Of a stretch of 64,000 bases of DNA, positions 1 to 9,193 are shown in pieces. The notes under the pieces are model-generated. The model made no database searches, had not been told where the DNA came from, and saw only the letters and a list, made by a program, of their open reading frames with translations. The stretch is from Bacilli bacterium (GTDB taxonomy: Bacteria; Bacillota_I; Bacilli_A; RFN20; CAG-826): positions 484 through 64,483 of the forward strand of contig JAFTDF010000042.1 in NCBI GenBank assembly GCA_017454295.1. The letters run 5' to 3'. The stretch's first letter is position 1. Each line of letters starts with the position of its first letter. A program made the position numbers and the translations under genes.

Positions 1-63
1 TTGTTCATCGTTAGGCTCTCCTTTGATGCATATATGATAACAAAACCGTGTCACAAAAACGCC

Positions 64-89
64 ACACAAAAGCCGCCCACGTGGGACGG
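64..89 (-). terminator. Rho-independent terminator (copy A of a conserved terminator module)
   Basis: The minus strand reads CCGTCCCACGTGGGCGG (hairpin) followed by CTTTTGTGT. It closes the ORF-poor unit at 90-560. Confidence 0.6.
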
Positions 90-185
90 TCTTGCTGGTT
101 TGTTGCTTCGTGCTTCGGGGAGAACGGTCTTCGTATTATTTCGGAGAATCGATCTCGTCCTGACACACATCAAGTGTCTACCGAC
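64..185 (-). repeat. Conserved ~115 nt 3' module, copy A (paralogous to 2042-2160)
   Basis: The minus strand reads CTTGATGTGT..AGGACGA...ATTCTCC....ACGAAGCAACAAACCA..AAGACCGTCC....GGGCGG-TTTT. By eye it is about 75 percent identical to the copy downstream of rpsR. Confidence 0.6.
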
Positions 186-560
186 AGGCTCACATATCCC
201 GCTTGGGGCAAGGATTCGCATCCTCCCTCCAAAGCCGTTCCATCCCCTGCCACCACGTCATCGGCATCGGGTCCGAGGACTGTCTTTGTTTATAAAACAA
301 AAGACGCCTCTTTCGAGACGCCTGATGTATCTTTGTTTGCCAGTGTGCCCAGGTTGCGAATCCTTCACCCATCCGGGATGAGGACGAGAGCCTGAGAACA
401 ACATGTCCCATGACGACGCCAATTCTCCGAAAAAGAACGAAATCGACTCTCTCCGTCGAAGCCCATATTCGACCCGTGGGACGCGATTCCGACGACGCCT
501 AACAATTTGCCAGCCACAAGGACGATCGTGTGACGTGGACCGACCGGGGTTAGTTAGAAT
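90..560 (-). ncRNA. Candidate structured non-coding RNA or long leader, class unknown
   Basis: About 470 nt without a credible ORF; the six-frame ORFs here are W/R/P-rich junk. It is bounded by an AT-rich promoter-like box (TTATATATTTCATATATAAC on the minus strand, ~555-580) and the terminator at 64-89. GGCGTC motifs recur internally. A new gene starts at position 8 on the minus strand (AAAGGAGAG-N7-ATG) and runs off the left edge. Confidence 0.3.
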
Positions 561-639
561 GAGTTATATATGAAATATATAAGGTCGCTTCGACGTCGAT
601 GGATTCAAATAGATCCAGGACGAGGGTCGGACAGGCATG

Positions 640-662
640 AAAAAACCGCCCACGTGGGACGG
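640..662 (-). terminator. Rho-independent terminator of the antiporter gene (copy B of the terminator module)
   Basis: The minus strand reads CCGTCCCACGTGGGCGG followed by TTTTTTC, 45 nt after the stop at 707-709. It is preceded by AGAAGCAACAAATCA, as in copies A and C. Confidence 0.75.
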
Positions 663-706
663 TCCTGTTGATTTGTTGCTTCTTGCCTATAAAAGAGTCG
701 AAGGAA

Positions 707-1897
707 CTACGCCTCCCTCTTAAGCAATTTGTTTTTCAGGTTATCCATCAATATCGCACCCAATGGAGCGGTTATCAATATTGCCACCACCGCAGCGGTC
801 AGCACCAACGTGCCGCAAGCAAGGCCTTCGGACAAAGCAATCGCCCCAATCGATGCTTGAACGGTCGCCTTAGGGAGATAAGAAATGACGATATATAGTT
901 TTTCTTTCCAAGTGAATTTCGTTGCAATTATGCTGCAAAACACTCCTAAACTTCTAAATACCAACGCAATGAAAACCAGCCCAATGATGATTGCCCCTTC
1001 TTTTGAAAAAGCGTAACGAACATCGACCGCAATGCCAACGAGAGCGAACAATAGGATTTCAAAACCTTGCCATAAGCCGTTATAGGATTTCTGCATCTCC
1101 TTCGCTTCCTCTTTTTTAAAGACGCCCACCACAAATGCCATGACGATGATGGCTAATAGAGACGAAACGCTGAAATACGGTTTCAAGGCATTCTCGAGGG
1201 CGAGCATCCCGAAGGAGAGACCGAGCATCAAAATGACATGGACGATTCTATTTAGTTTCATGTATCGAATGGCTAAAACCATCAAGAAGCCTACTCCGAT
1301 GCCCAAAATGACACCGGAGACGATCGAAATGGGGATTTGCCCGACGCTCCAAGCGTCAAAGGTGGACGTTGCGACCAGATTCTTGAACGAATAGAAAAGG
1401 ACGATTACAAAGATGTCGTCACAAGATGCCCCCGCCATCACAAGTTCGGGCACGCAGTGTTCTTTTCCATATCCTTCTTCCATTAGGCGAATCATTCTCG
1501 GAACCACTACTGCCGGCGAAACGGCCGCCAAGACCGAGCCAAGAAGCAAGGCTTCGAAATAGGATATCCCGAGGAGCATTGGGCCAAATATCGTGATGCC
1601 CGCAATTTCAAAACAAGCGGGTAAAAAGCACATCAATATCGCAGGTCGCCCTATTATCTTTAGGCTCTTAATGTCCAAAGATAGGCCTGACCTGGTCAAT
1701 ATGATGACCAAAGCGATTTGCCTTAGATGAGACGAAACCGACAGCAACGTATCATCAACGATATTGAACAAAGATGGTCCAATAAGAATCCCGAGAATGA
1801 TATACCACACCAGTTTGGGGAGTTTGATCTTCTCAAATAAAAACCCACCGAGGATCCCACCACCAAAAATAATAAACAAAGACAGAAATATATTCAT
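707..1897 (-). CDS. Cation:proton antiporter (Na+/H+ exchanger, CPA family)
   Basis: Polytopic membrane protein of ~396 aa. Its N-terminus (MNIFLSLFIIFGGGILGGFLFEKIKLPKLVWYIILGILIGP) is typical of sodium/hydrogen exchanger family proteins. The start was moved to the ATG at 1897, which has the RBS GGGAGG. Confidence 0.8.
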   Translation of the reverse strand: MNIFLSLFIIFGGGILGGFLFEKIKLPKLVWYIILGILIGPSLFNIVDDTLLSVSSHLRQIALVIILTRSGLSLDIKSLKIIGRPAILMCFLPACFEIAGITIFGPMLLGISYFEALLLGSVLAAVSPAVVVPRMIRLMEEGYGKEHCVPELVMAGASCDDIFVIVLFYSFKNLVATSTFDAWSVGQIPISIVSGVILGIGVGFLMVLAIRYMKLNRIVHVILMLGLSFGMLALENALKPYFSVSSLLAIIVMAFVVGVFKKEEAKEMQKSYNGLWQGFEILLFALVGIAVDVRYAFSKEGAIIIGLVFIALVFRSLGVFCSIIATKFTWKEKLYIVISYLPKATVQASIGAIALSEGLACGTLVLTAAVVAILITAPLGAILMDNLKNKLLKREA

Positions 1898-2012
1898 CGA
1901 TACCTCCCATCTGCCATAGAAACAAAAGCGCTGATTTCTATGACAAAACAAGTCATAGACGTCATCAGCACTTCATTGCGGTTCTCTATTTCTAGATGGG
2001 AGACATCATTCC
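1898..2012 (-). promoter_or_regulatory. Structured 5' leader of the antiporter gene with an anti-SD helix
   Basis: A perfect TATAAT lies at 2020-2025 (minus). There is a 9-nt perfect inverted repeat: CUCCCAUCU (2002-1994) pairs with AGAUGGGAG (1912-1904), which overlaps the SD. A long hairpin sits at 1930-1969 (GCUGAU..CUAUGAC/GUCAUAG..AUCAGC). Confidence 0.45.
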
Positions 2013-2041
2013 CAAGCCAATTATACTACTAGCAAGAGGAG

Positions 2042-2063
2042 AAACATAAGAAAACCGCCCAGC
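2042..2063 (-). terminator. Rho-independent terminator of the rpsF-ssb-rpsR operon (copy C)
   Basis: The minus strand reads CCGTCCATCGCTGGGCGG followed by TTTTC. Confidence 0.75.
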
Positions 2064-2160
2064 GATGGACGGTCTTATTGGTTTGTTGCTTCGTCGTCGA
2101 GGTGATTCCGGTTTGTCCTAAATTGGAGAATTGGGTTCGTCCTACGACACATCAAGCTAG
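2042..2160 (-). repeat. Conserved ~115 nt 3' module, copy C (3' UTR of rpsR)
   Basis: It aligns along its length with 64-185 (see copy A) and lies directly after the rpsR stop. Confidence 0.6.
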
Positions 2161-2161
2161 C

Positions 2162-2386
2162 TTACTTAACTTCGGGAAGCAAACCCATGTAACGGGCGTT
2201 TTTGATCGCCACGGCGAGCTGACGCTGATACTTGGCGCTGGTGCCGGTGACGGAACGCGGGGTGATTTTGCCATCCGGGGAGATGAAGCGCTGGAGGAGT
2301 TCCACATCCTTGTAGTCGATGTATTTGATGTGGTTCTTCTTGAAGTAGCAGGCTTTTCTCCGGGAATGCATCTTTTTGAATGCCAT
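2162..2386 (-). CDS. rpsR: 30S ribosomal protein S18
   Basis: 74 aa containing [51 protein letters not shown]. Sits in the conserved rpsF-ssb-rpsR order. Confidence 0.95.
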   Translation of the reverse strand: MAFKKMHSRRKACYFKKNHIKYIDYKDVELLQRFISPDGKITPRSVTGTSAKYQRQLAVAIKNARYMGLLPEVK

Positions 2387-2403
2387 TGTTGAGAATTCCT
2401 TTC

Positions 2404-2850
2404 TTAGAACGGGAGATCGTCGTCGGTGACGTCGATGGCGTCCACGTTCTTGCTTTGCGCGACGGGGGTCACTTGGCTGACGGGTTCATCGCTCGGATAA
2501 TCCGGGGTGAATCCGGCACCATCACGTTCCTTGGCCGGTTCGACGAATTCGATCCGGTCGACGTTGATTTCGGTGCGGGTGACTTGGATATTGTCGCGGT
2601 TGGTGAACTTGCGCTGAGTCAGGCGGCCGGTGAGCCCGATGAGGTTCCCCTTCTTGAAGAACTTCGTGAGGGTCTCGGCCTGTTTGCCGAACAAAGTGCA
2701 ATCGATAAATACGGTTTGACGTTCTCCGTTAGGACCTTTGCGGCCATCGTCGCAGGCGATGGTGAAGGCGCCAACCTGCGTGCCGGAATTGGTCATACGG
2801 AGTTCGGGGTCACGGGTTAAGCGACCCACCATTGTGATGACATTAAGCAT
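2404..2850 (-). CDS. ssb: Single-stranded DNA-binding protein
   Basis: OB-fold N-terminus ([18 protein letters not shown]) and the acidic C-terminal tip DDDLPF. Confidence 0.95.
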   Translation of the reverse strand: MLNVITMVGRLTRDPELRMTNSGTQVGAFTIACDDGRKGPNGERQTVFIDCTLFGKQAETLTKFFKKGNLIGLTGRLTQRKFTNRDNIQVTRTEINVDRIEFVEPAKERDGAGFTPDYPSDEPVSQVTPVAQSKNVDAIDVTDDDLPF

Positions 2851-2871
2851 CGTTTCTTACCTCCTGTGGTC

Positions 2872-3159
2872 TTATTGATGATCGACGGTGATGAGGAAAC
2901 GGATGACGTTGTTGTCGAGCTTGGCCAAACGATTGAATTCCTTCAAGCCTTCGGGTTCCGCCGACACTTTGATGACGACGTAATACCCTTTGGTGAGTTT
3001 CTTCATCGGATAGGCAAAATCGCGGAGTCCCATTTCTTTGACGTCCTTCACTTGGGCCTTTTGGGCGGTAAGGATGCCGTGGAGCTTCTCGATCTCATTC
3101 TTTCTCGCTTCATCGTTAAGATCGGCGGAAAGGATGTACATGATCTCGTACTTTCCCAT
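2872..3159 (-). CDS. rpsF: 30S ribosomal protein S6
   Basis: The sequence MGKYEIMYILSADL...YYVVIKVSAEPEGLKEFNRLAKLDNNVIRFLI is S6-like. The start at 3159 has the RBS AGGAGG. Confidence 0.93.
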   Translation of the reverse strand: MGKYEIMYILSADLNDEARKNEIEKLHGILTAQKAQVKDVKEMGLRDFAYPMKKLTKGYYVVIKVSAEPEGLKEFNRLAKLDNNVIRFLITVDHQ

Positions 3160-3189
3160 GATTGTTACACCTCCTAATTTCGGACTTAG

Positions 3190-3216
3190 GATCGCCTTGG
3201 GTGGCCCCATGCGACC
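3190..3216 (-). promoter_or_regulatory. Hairpin in the rpsF 5' leader (possible S6:S18 autoregulatory leader)
   Basis: The minus strand reads GGTCGC-A-TGGG-GCCA-CCCA-AG-GCGATC, just upstream of the SD. Assigning it to the known rpsF-leader class is an inference only. Confidence 0.3.
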
Positions 3217-3420
3217 ATAAGAGTGTGTGCCTTGCCTTCGTCAAGGCTCGATAATTATACCGAAATCATTTGGATTTACAACTAGAGACTATGTCTCCTC
3301 CTTCCTCAAAGGTGGAAGACCCATTCCGTGGCATTCGGCGAAACGGCCTCCCCTTTCTTATACGGGGGATTGTTATCGTTTTGAGAATCCATTTTCAAAA
3401 CCGCAATCCCGCGATATGCT

Positions 3421-3876
3421 TTGGCCATGATCGAAATCCTCTCTTCCCTTCCCGAAACCATCGCCGCCTTAGAAGATGGCGATCCCGATTTGAAACGGGC
3501 GCATCTAGGGAATGCCTTATCCGTGATCAAAGGAAGCCTGCCCGAAAACAGTTGGGTCGGCATCTACTACGATAACGGGCGTCAACTCATTCTCGACGCG
3601 TTCCAAGGCACCCCCGCTTGCGAAACCATCGCCTACGGGAAAGGCGTCGTGGGCCAATGCTTCTCCACTGGCCAAGCCATCGCCGTGGAAGACGTCACCG
3701 CTTTCCCAGGCTATATTTGTTGCGATGCCGCGGCCAAATCCGAACTATGCGTCCCCATCATCAAAGGCAATAAAATCCAAGCCATCCTCGATATCGATCG
3801 ACCCGACCATCACCGCTTCGAAACGGAAATCAAAACCTACGAAGAAATCGCGAAAATCCTTGCAAATTGGCTATGA
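3421..3876 (+). CDS. msrC: GAF-domain free methionine-(R)-sulfoxide reductase-like protein
   Basis: The motif FPGYICCDAAAKSELCVPI matches the fRMsr/YebR signature FPGHIACDxxSxSEIVxPL. At 151 aa the size fits. Confidence 0.78.
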   Translation: MAMIEILSSLPETIAALEDGDPDLKRAHLGNALSVIKGSLPENSWVGIYYDNGRQLILDAFQGTPACETIAYGKGVVGQCFSTGQAIAVEDVTAFPGYICCDAAAKSELCVPIIKGNKIQAILDIDRPDHHRFETEIKTYEEIAKILANWL

Positions 3877-3908
3877 AATCCCACAAAAGGCGGGTTTTCT
3901 TTTCAAAT

Positions 3909-6344
3909 CTACCAAACATAGACGCGTTCTGCAGGGGAAACATACATCGCGTCTTTTTCGCCGATTCCGAAGGTGGAATAGAATTCGTCCAACACTTTGA
4001 ACGATTGGTTCACCCGCACCCGGCCAAAGGGGTGTTCGTCTCCCGCCAAATCGCTTCCGTAAACGGCTTGGGAGGCATAGGCGGCAAAGTTCTTCGCCGC
4101 GGATTCAAAGTATTTGGCGTAATCGAAATTCGGAATGGATTTGGCCATACCCATGTTGATGCGTAACCCGGTGACGTCGGCAATCGCTTCGTCGCGGACG
4201 ATGGAACCATCGCTCTCCCAGCCCGGCATGACCTCGACCCCAGAATAGAGGAATTCGAATGCGCGGGCCCTGGTGTTATAGGCCAGCAAATCATCGATAC
4301 CCAAATACCCGGTGCTCTTTCGGGTGCCGCTATCATCGTAATAGATCCCCGTGGCGTCGAAGCCATGGGAAATCTCGTGCCCGACCACCCAGCCATAGGC
4401 GGCAAGGAATTCCTCTTTGCTCATCTTCGCGGGATGGGGATAGGCGGCGAGATAGCCTAAAGTGATCACGATGCTATTGGTCCAAGGCACATAGAAGGCG
4501 TTGGCATAGAGGGCATCATAATCCCGAGCCAAGGCTTCGGTTTGGCCGCTGCGCGAACTTGCGGGGGCGCTTCCCGCGCCATCCATGGCCCGGTCTAAGA
4601 CGGCTTTTTGGTAGAGACCCATGTTTCCATATAAGGTGCCGCCTTCCTCTTTGCTTAAGTAGGCGGGGGCAAGCCGCAAATAGGGCGAGCCGGAATCGGG
4701 AGCGCCGCCAATGACGGAAATCATGTTGCCAAGTTTTGTCCGGACTTTGGTTTTGGCGTCTTCGCTGGCCCAGCTCGATTGCCCTAAAAGGGAAACGGAG
4801 AACGTGCTCTTGATATCACTCACTAATGTGCGAATGGCGCTGAGGTCTTCGGCAAACTCCGCGGTGCCGACATAGTAATTGGACAGATTCCCCGAGACAT
4901 AAGGAATCACATAAGATCCATAGACGCTGTCTTTGGTCAAACCGGCCTCGTCATGGCGGCCACCGGAACTGTGGGCCCATTGCATGACGGCGTCGCCATC
5001 GGGCAAGCAAGGGATATAGTGCTCGCACATCTGCCACACGAACATCCCTTTGAGGTAATCGAGATGATCCGGGGTGGCGAAATCCAAAATCGAAGCGAGG
5101 TCGCAGGCATCATCGAAGAAGAAATAGTTGGGATAGGACACCCCACCGTTTTTCAGCAGGTCATAGACATTCACCGATGCCCCGATGGTAGAAGCGATGC
5201 TTGGCTGGTAAGCCTGGCCTTTAAGGGCCGCGTTTTCTTGGCGGGCAACGGCGAAATAGTATTTGAAATAAGTGTAATTGGTGGCCCATTTCCTGGCAGT
5301 TGCTTCGTCCCAGCCCATGACTTCGGAAAAGATGGGGGTGAAGCGCTCCACGGATTCGTTAAACGCGCTCGACCCAGGCAAGATTTCGGAGGGGCGGGCG
5401 GAATTGCTATAGACGGTGGTCAAGACGCATTGCTGGCTATAGGTGCGGCCGTTGATGGCGGGCGTGGCTTTTTCTTGCTTGGAGGAAGACCACAAGGGGC
5501 AATAGCCCGTGGTGGCGATCATCGTCTCCATGGTGGCTTTCAATTCGGCCCAGGTGGTATCGTCTAAAAACGCATTGATCGCTTCGCATAAGCCGGAACT
5601 ATCCCCTTGCTTGCGGCGATCAAAATCCAAATAGGTGGCGTCGAAATTCTTGGCGGCCCCCACTTCATCGTAGAGCCCTTTGGCCCAGGTATTGATCGCG
5701 GATTGGGGAATTAAGTTCGTTTTATAAACCGAATCGGTCGCATCCTTCCCCTCATCGGGGCAATTGTCGTAAAGGAAATCCCGATTCACGGTGGTATAGA
5801 AATCGTCTTTCTTCGAATTCCCGATATAGGCATGAATCCGGTTTAAGTAGGTGTTGACCGTATCCTCCTTCACCACCATGGAGGCGTAGAAGGTGGAGTT
5901 GCGATTGGGCACATAAAGGCCTTTGTCCACAAGCCACGATAAGGCCAGATAGGTTTGCGAAGAGGAAGTAACGCCGGAAAGGCGGATGCTATCGATGGAG
6001 GCGGGATAACCTTGGAAAGAGCGTGCCCCGGTTTTCTCGGGCATCACGGGGGCAAACCCTTGATGGAGGAGCAACACCAAATCGCCCAAACTCGCGGCGA
6101 TCTTTTTGGAAGACTCCGTGCTGGTGAGTTCGCTCTGTACCGGCTCAATCAAAGAAGAAGCCGTCACATCGCTACGATAAGCGGACGTTCCATTGGCAAC
6201 CAATTCGGCCACGGCAAAGGCATTGAATTCGCTCTCAATCGGCGAATCCGAGCCTCCTGGAACAAAGGGAAAGGCGCAGCCGCAAGCGGTCAATACGCTC
6301 GTTCCTAGCAAAGCTAATACAAGGGTGGGAATCTTTTTCTTCAT
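3909..6344 (-). CDS. M13-family (neprilysin/PepO-like) zinc metallopeptidase lipoprotein
   Basis: Lipobox LVLALLGTSVLTAC-G, the HExxH motif in VVGHEISHGFD, and the family-typical C-terminal ...ERVYVW. It is long (811 aa) because of an N-terminal extension. Confidence 0.85.
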   Translation of the reverse strand: MKKKIPTLVLALLGTSVLTACGCAFPFVPGGSDSPIESEFNAFAVAELVANGTSAYRSDVTASSLIEPVQSELTSTESSKKIAASLGDLVLLLHQGFAPVMPEKTGARSFQGYPASIDSIRLSGVTSSSQTYLALSWLVDKGLYVPNRNSTFYASMVVKEDTVNTYLNRIHAYIGNSKKDDFYTTVNRDFLYDNCPDEGKDATDSVYKTNLIPQSAINTWAKGLYDEVGAAKNFDATYLDFDRRKQGDSSGLCEAINAFLDDTTWAELKATMETMIATTGYCPLWSSSKQEKATPAINGRTYSQQCVLTTVYSNSARPSEILPGSSAFNESVERFTPIFSEVMGWDEATARKWATNYTYFKYYFAVARQENAALKGQAYQPSIASTIGASVNVYDLLKNGGVSYPNYFFFDDACDLASILDFATPDHLDYLKGMFVWQMCEHYIPCLPDGDAVMQWAHSSGGRHDEAGLTKDSVYGSYVIPYVSGNLSNYYVGTAEFAEDLSAIRTLVSDIKSTFSVSLLGQSSWASEDAKTKVRTKLGNMISVIGGAPDSGSPYLRLAPAYLSKEEGGTLYGNMGLYQKAVLDRAMDGAGSAPASSRSGQTEALARDYDALYANAFYVPWTNSIVITLGYLAAYPHPAKMSKEEFLAAYGWVVGHEISHGFDATGIYYDDSGTRKSTGYLGIDDLLAYNTRARAFEFLYSGVEVMPGWESDGSIVRDEAIADVTGLRINMGMAKSIPNFDYAKYFESAAKNFAAYASQAVYGSDLAGDEHPFGRVRVNQSFKVLDEFYSTFGIGEKDAMYVSPAERVYVW

Positions 6345-6406
6345 GTCGATATTCTACGCAAAAAGGGAACCAAAGTTTAGAAAAAGCCGGCGAACCGGCT
6401 TTTGCA

Positions 6407-6862
6407 TTACTTTTCTTCCGCAGGGGCTTCTTCGGCAGAGGCTTCCGCCACGGCCGGACGTTTGGCCTTCGCCTTCAACTTCTTGAGGAAGGCGATATTC
6501 TCCTTGACGACGAAGATGTCGATGGGGATCAAACCCAGCAAGCAGATGATGGAAATCACCCAAGCATAGGTCGCAGGTTTTCCTTGTTGGGTCAAGATGA
6601 TCTCCGCGATGAAGGCGACGATCACCAAGACGGTGTTGATGGCGTGTCCTGCGAAGGAAACGGGCACATAGGCTTGCTTTGTCGTCGAATAGAAGACATG
6701 GCTGCTAATCAAGGCGGCCACGCCGACGAAAGCGACGATGATGGCAATGATCGAGGGCGCGGCACCCCAGGCATTGAGGACCAGCGAGGCGAGGACCGCC
6801 CCGAACGTCCACACGAAGTAGGCGCCGATGTAGCTACGGGATAAGGCACGATTCTTTTTCAT
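6407..6862 (-). CDS. Small integral membrane protein (about 4 TM), function unknown
   Basis: Hydrophobic segments, RBS AAGGAG, and a charged K/A/E tail. Confidence 0.6.
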   Translation of the reverse strand: MKKNRALSRSYIGAYFVWTFGAVLASLVLNAWGAAPSIIAIIVAFVGVAALISSHVFYSTTKQAYVPVSFAGHAINTVLVIVAFIAEIILTQQGKPATYAWVISIICLLGLIPIDIFVVKENIAFLKKLKAKAKRPAVAEASAEEAPAEEK

Positions 6863-6873
6863 GGTGTGACTCC

Positions 6874-8127
6874 TTAGATGGTTTCGATTTGATAACTGGG
6901 CGCGGCTACCAGGACATCGGGAGAAGTGAAGCTTCCTTTGACGTAAGCCTTCTTCTCATCATTATGGAGGAGATAGAGGCTTTGCGTGGGGAGTTTCGCT
7001 TGTAAGCTTTCGACATCGAGGCAGGCGTTTAAGGCGTTATTCAGGTAACGGGTCTCGAGGATTGAGTTCGACCCTTTCTTCGTCACCACCGAAGCGGTGA
7101 AGAAGTCGTTGGGAACGCCATTACCGAGGTTGAGGAAGGTGCTGCGGAACACCGTCTTCCCACCTTCGTGATAGAAGTAGGAAGGGTTGTAGGTGCGCCC
7201 GGAGACTTTGAAGTGGGAGATCAGCGAGACGGCGGTCGTGCCGTTGCAAGTCAAGGTCGCGGCATCGACTTGTTTCCCCTGCACATAGTCATAGAGGAAG
7301 AAGGTCGCGCCGAGATCATCTTCGAGCAAGGCATAATCGCCCATGTCGTTATAGATGAGGCCCCGCTTGTACTCGCCTTGGACGAAGTCGTTGACCACTT
7401 CTTGCGTCTTGTAGGCGTCTTTGAGGATGTTGAGGGAGAGGATGGGGGCGGTCACCTCATATTCTTCCCGGAATGCTTTATAAGCATCGGAGATATGGAG
7501 GCGCACGACGCCATTCCCTTTGAACGTGAGCTCGAAGTTGGAGAGGTCGCTCACCATTTCCCGCGCCTTCTCAAGGTATCCCTTGAGGGCGGGGACGCGT
7601 TCAGGATCGTTAGCTTCGGCATTTCCCTGATCCATGAGGCAGAGCCGTTCCCATTCCTCATAGAGGGGCCCGGCGAAAAGGGAGAAGTTGTTGTTCTCCA
7701 AAGTCTTCGCATAGGCGTCTTGCAGGATGGCATAGACCCGCTCATCGACGGTCACGTCTTGATCGAGGGCCGCATTGACGACCCCGATCGAAGAAGACTC
7801 GGTATAGGTCTTGGATTCGTCGGTCCGGAGATAGGCTTTGCGTAGCGAAGTGCTAAGCAGCACCGTGGCCCCGCGGATTTTGGCTTTGATTTCGGTGCCC
7901 GAGCCATCGAAGTAGAACTGGCCATGGACCCCCGTGTTATAGGGAAGGTCACGGTCGGCTTGGGCATCGATGGTATAGACGCCGGGATCTTGGTGAACCA
8001 GGGAATAGATCCCATAGCCCACCGCGCCTAAGCCTAAGGTCAAGGCGAGGATGAAGAGGATGACCCGAAGGGTGAAATGCTTCCGGCTAACGACGATCTC
8101 TCCGGGATCGCGTTCTTCGTCGGCCAT
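6874..8127 (-). CDS. Membrane-anchored extracytoplasmic protein, weakly ApbE-like
   Basis: Single N-terminal TM. The segment SSIGVVNAALDQDVTVDERVYAILQDAYAKTLENNNFSLFAGPLYEEWE resembles the ApbE pattern S..s.lN....v.v......ll.......t.G.FD...gPL...W. It starts 3 nt after oppF. Confidence 0.4.
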   Translation of the reverse strand: MADEERDPGEIVVSRKHFTLRVILFILALTLGLGAVGYGIYSLVHQDPGVYTIDAQADRDLPYNTGVHGQFYFDGSGTEIKAKIRGATVLLSTSLRKAYLRTDESKTYTESSSIGVVNAALDQDVTVDERVYAILQDAYAKTLENNNFSLFAGPLYEEWERLCLMDQGNAEANDPERVPALKGYLEKAREMVSDLSNFELTFKGNGVVRLHISDAYKAFREEYEVTAPILSLNILKDAYKTQEVVNDFVQGEYKRGLIYNDMGDYALLEDDLGATFFLYDYVQGKQVDAATLTCNGTTAVSLISHFKVSGRTYNPSYFYHEGGKTVFRSTFLNLGNGVPNDFFTASVVTKKGSNSILETRYLNNALNACLDVESLQAKLPTQSLYLLHNDEKKAYVKGSFTSPDVLVAAPSYQIETI

Positions 8128-8130
8128 CGT

Positions 8131-9180
8131 TTATTCCCCTTCCCGCTGTTTCTTATACGAGGCGATTTCCGAAGGGGAACCGTAGACAAGGTGGCCATTA
8201 CCGATATCCACCAAAGAGGGGGTTTCCTCTTCGTAGTTGTGGACGCTCGGATCATAGACGAAGAGTTCCTTTTCCTTCTCCAAGATGGGGTCGGGAATCG
8301 GAATGGCCGACATTAACGACTTGGTATAGGGGTGGAGCGGATGGGCGAAGAGTTCTTCGGTCTCCGCGATCTCCACGATTTTCCCAAGGTGGATGACGAC
8401 GATGCGGTCCGAGATGAAGCGGACGATCGAGAGGTCGTGGGCGATGAAGAGATAGGTGAGTCCCCGTTCCTTTTGGAATTTCTTCAAGAGGTTGAGGACT
8501 TGGGCACGGATGGAGACGTCGAGGGCCGAGATCGGTTCGTCGGCGACGATGAATTCCGGTTCCATGACGACGGAACGGGCGATGCCGACACGTTGGCGTT
8601 GGCCCCCGGAGAATTCGTGGGGGTAACGGGTTAAGTGTTCCGGCAATAAGCCGACGTCGGTGATGGCCTTTTCGACCTTCTCGACGCGTTCCTTCTCATC
8701 TTTATAGAGCTTGAAGTTGATCAAACCTTCGGAGATGATGTATTCGATGGTCGCACGTTCGTTGAGCGAGGCGGCCGGGTCTTGGAAGATCATCTGCAAT
8801 TTGCGGACGAGTTCGCGGGATTCCTTATGGGGAAGCTTCCCGGAGATCTTCTCACCCTTATAGTAGATGGCCCCGGCGGAGCAGGGGTTGATCCGCACGA
8901 TGGCACGGCCAATCGTGGTTTTACCCGAGCCGGATTCGCCGACGAGGGAGACGGTTTCCCCTTTGTAGATGTCGAAGCTGGCATCGGAGACGGCCTTGAA
9001 GGCCTTTCGCCCGCTGCCGAAGGTGATATCGATATGTCGAATCGATAAGACGGGGTCGCCTTCTTGATAAGGAATCTTGGCGGGGAATTTCTTCGCCTGC
9101 TCTTCCTTGAAGGCTTTGCGTTCTTTCGCGGCATCAAGAAGGGACTTCTTGGCGGCTTTTTCTTTTGCTTTGTCTGCCAT
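8131..9180 (-). CDS. oppF: Oligopeptide ABC transporter ATP-binding protein OppF
   Basis: Walker [10 protein letters not shown], signature FSGGQRQR, Walker B FIVADEP, and an oligopeptide C-terminal extension. Confidence 0.9.
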   Translation of the reverse strand: MADKAKEKAAKKSLLDAAKERKAFKEEQAKKFPAKIPYQEGDPVLSIRHIDITFGSGRKAFKAVSDASFDIYKGETVSLVGESGSGKTTIGRAIVRINPCSAGAIYYKGEKISGKLPHKESRELVRKLQMIFQDPAASLNERATIEYIISEGLINFKLYKDEKERVEKVEKAITDVGLLPEHLTRYPHEFSGGQRQRVGIARSVVMEPEFIVADEPISALDVSIRAQVLNLLKKFQKERGLTYLFIAHDLSIVRFISDRIVVIHLGKIVEIAETEELFAHPLHPYTKSLMSAIPIPDPILEKEKELFVYDPSVHNYEEETPSLVDIGNGHLVYGSPSEIASYKKQREGE

Positions 9181-9193
9181 ATTCGGTTCCTCC

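Noticed and set aside
90-640. tmRNA, RNase P RNA, SRP RNA, T-box or cobalamin riboswitch identity for the ORF-free region
   Set aside because: I looked on both strands for these near-invariant cores:
- GGAAAGTCC (RNase P)
- a GGGG...GGATTCGACG 5' end, a T-arm/CCA 3' end, or a tag ORF ending in ALAA-like residues (tmRNA)
- the SRP domain IV motif
- the T-box GGGTGGTACCGCG sequence
- the B12 box

None of them was found. Only loose resemblances exist, for example GGGCTTCGACGG and GGTGAAGGATTCGC. The region is kept only as an unclassified candidate.
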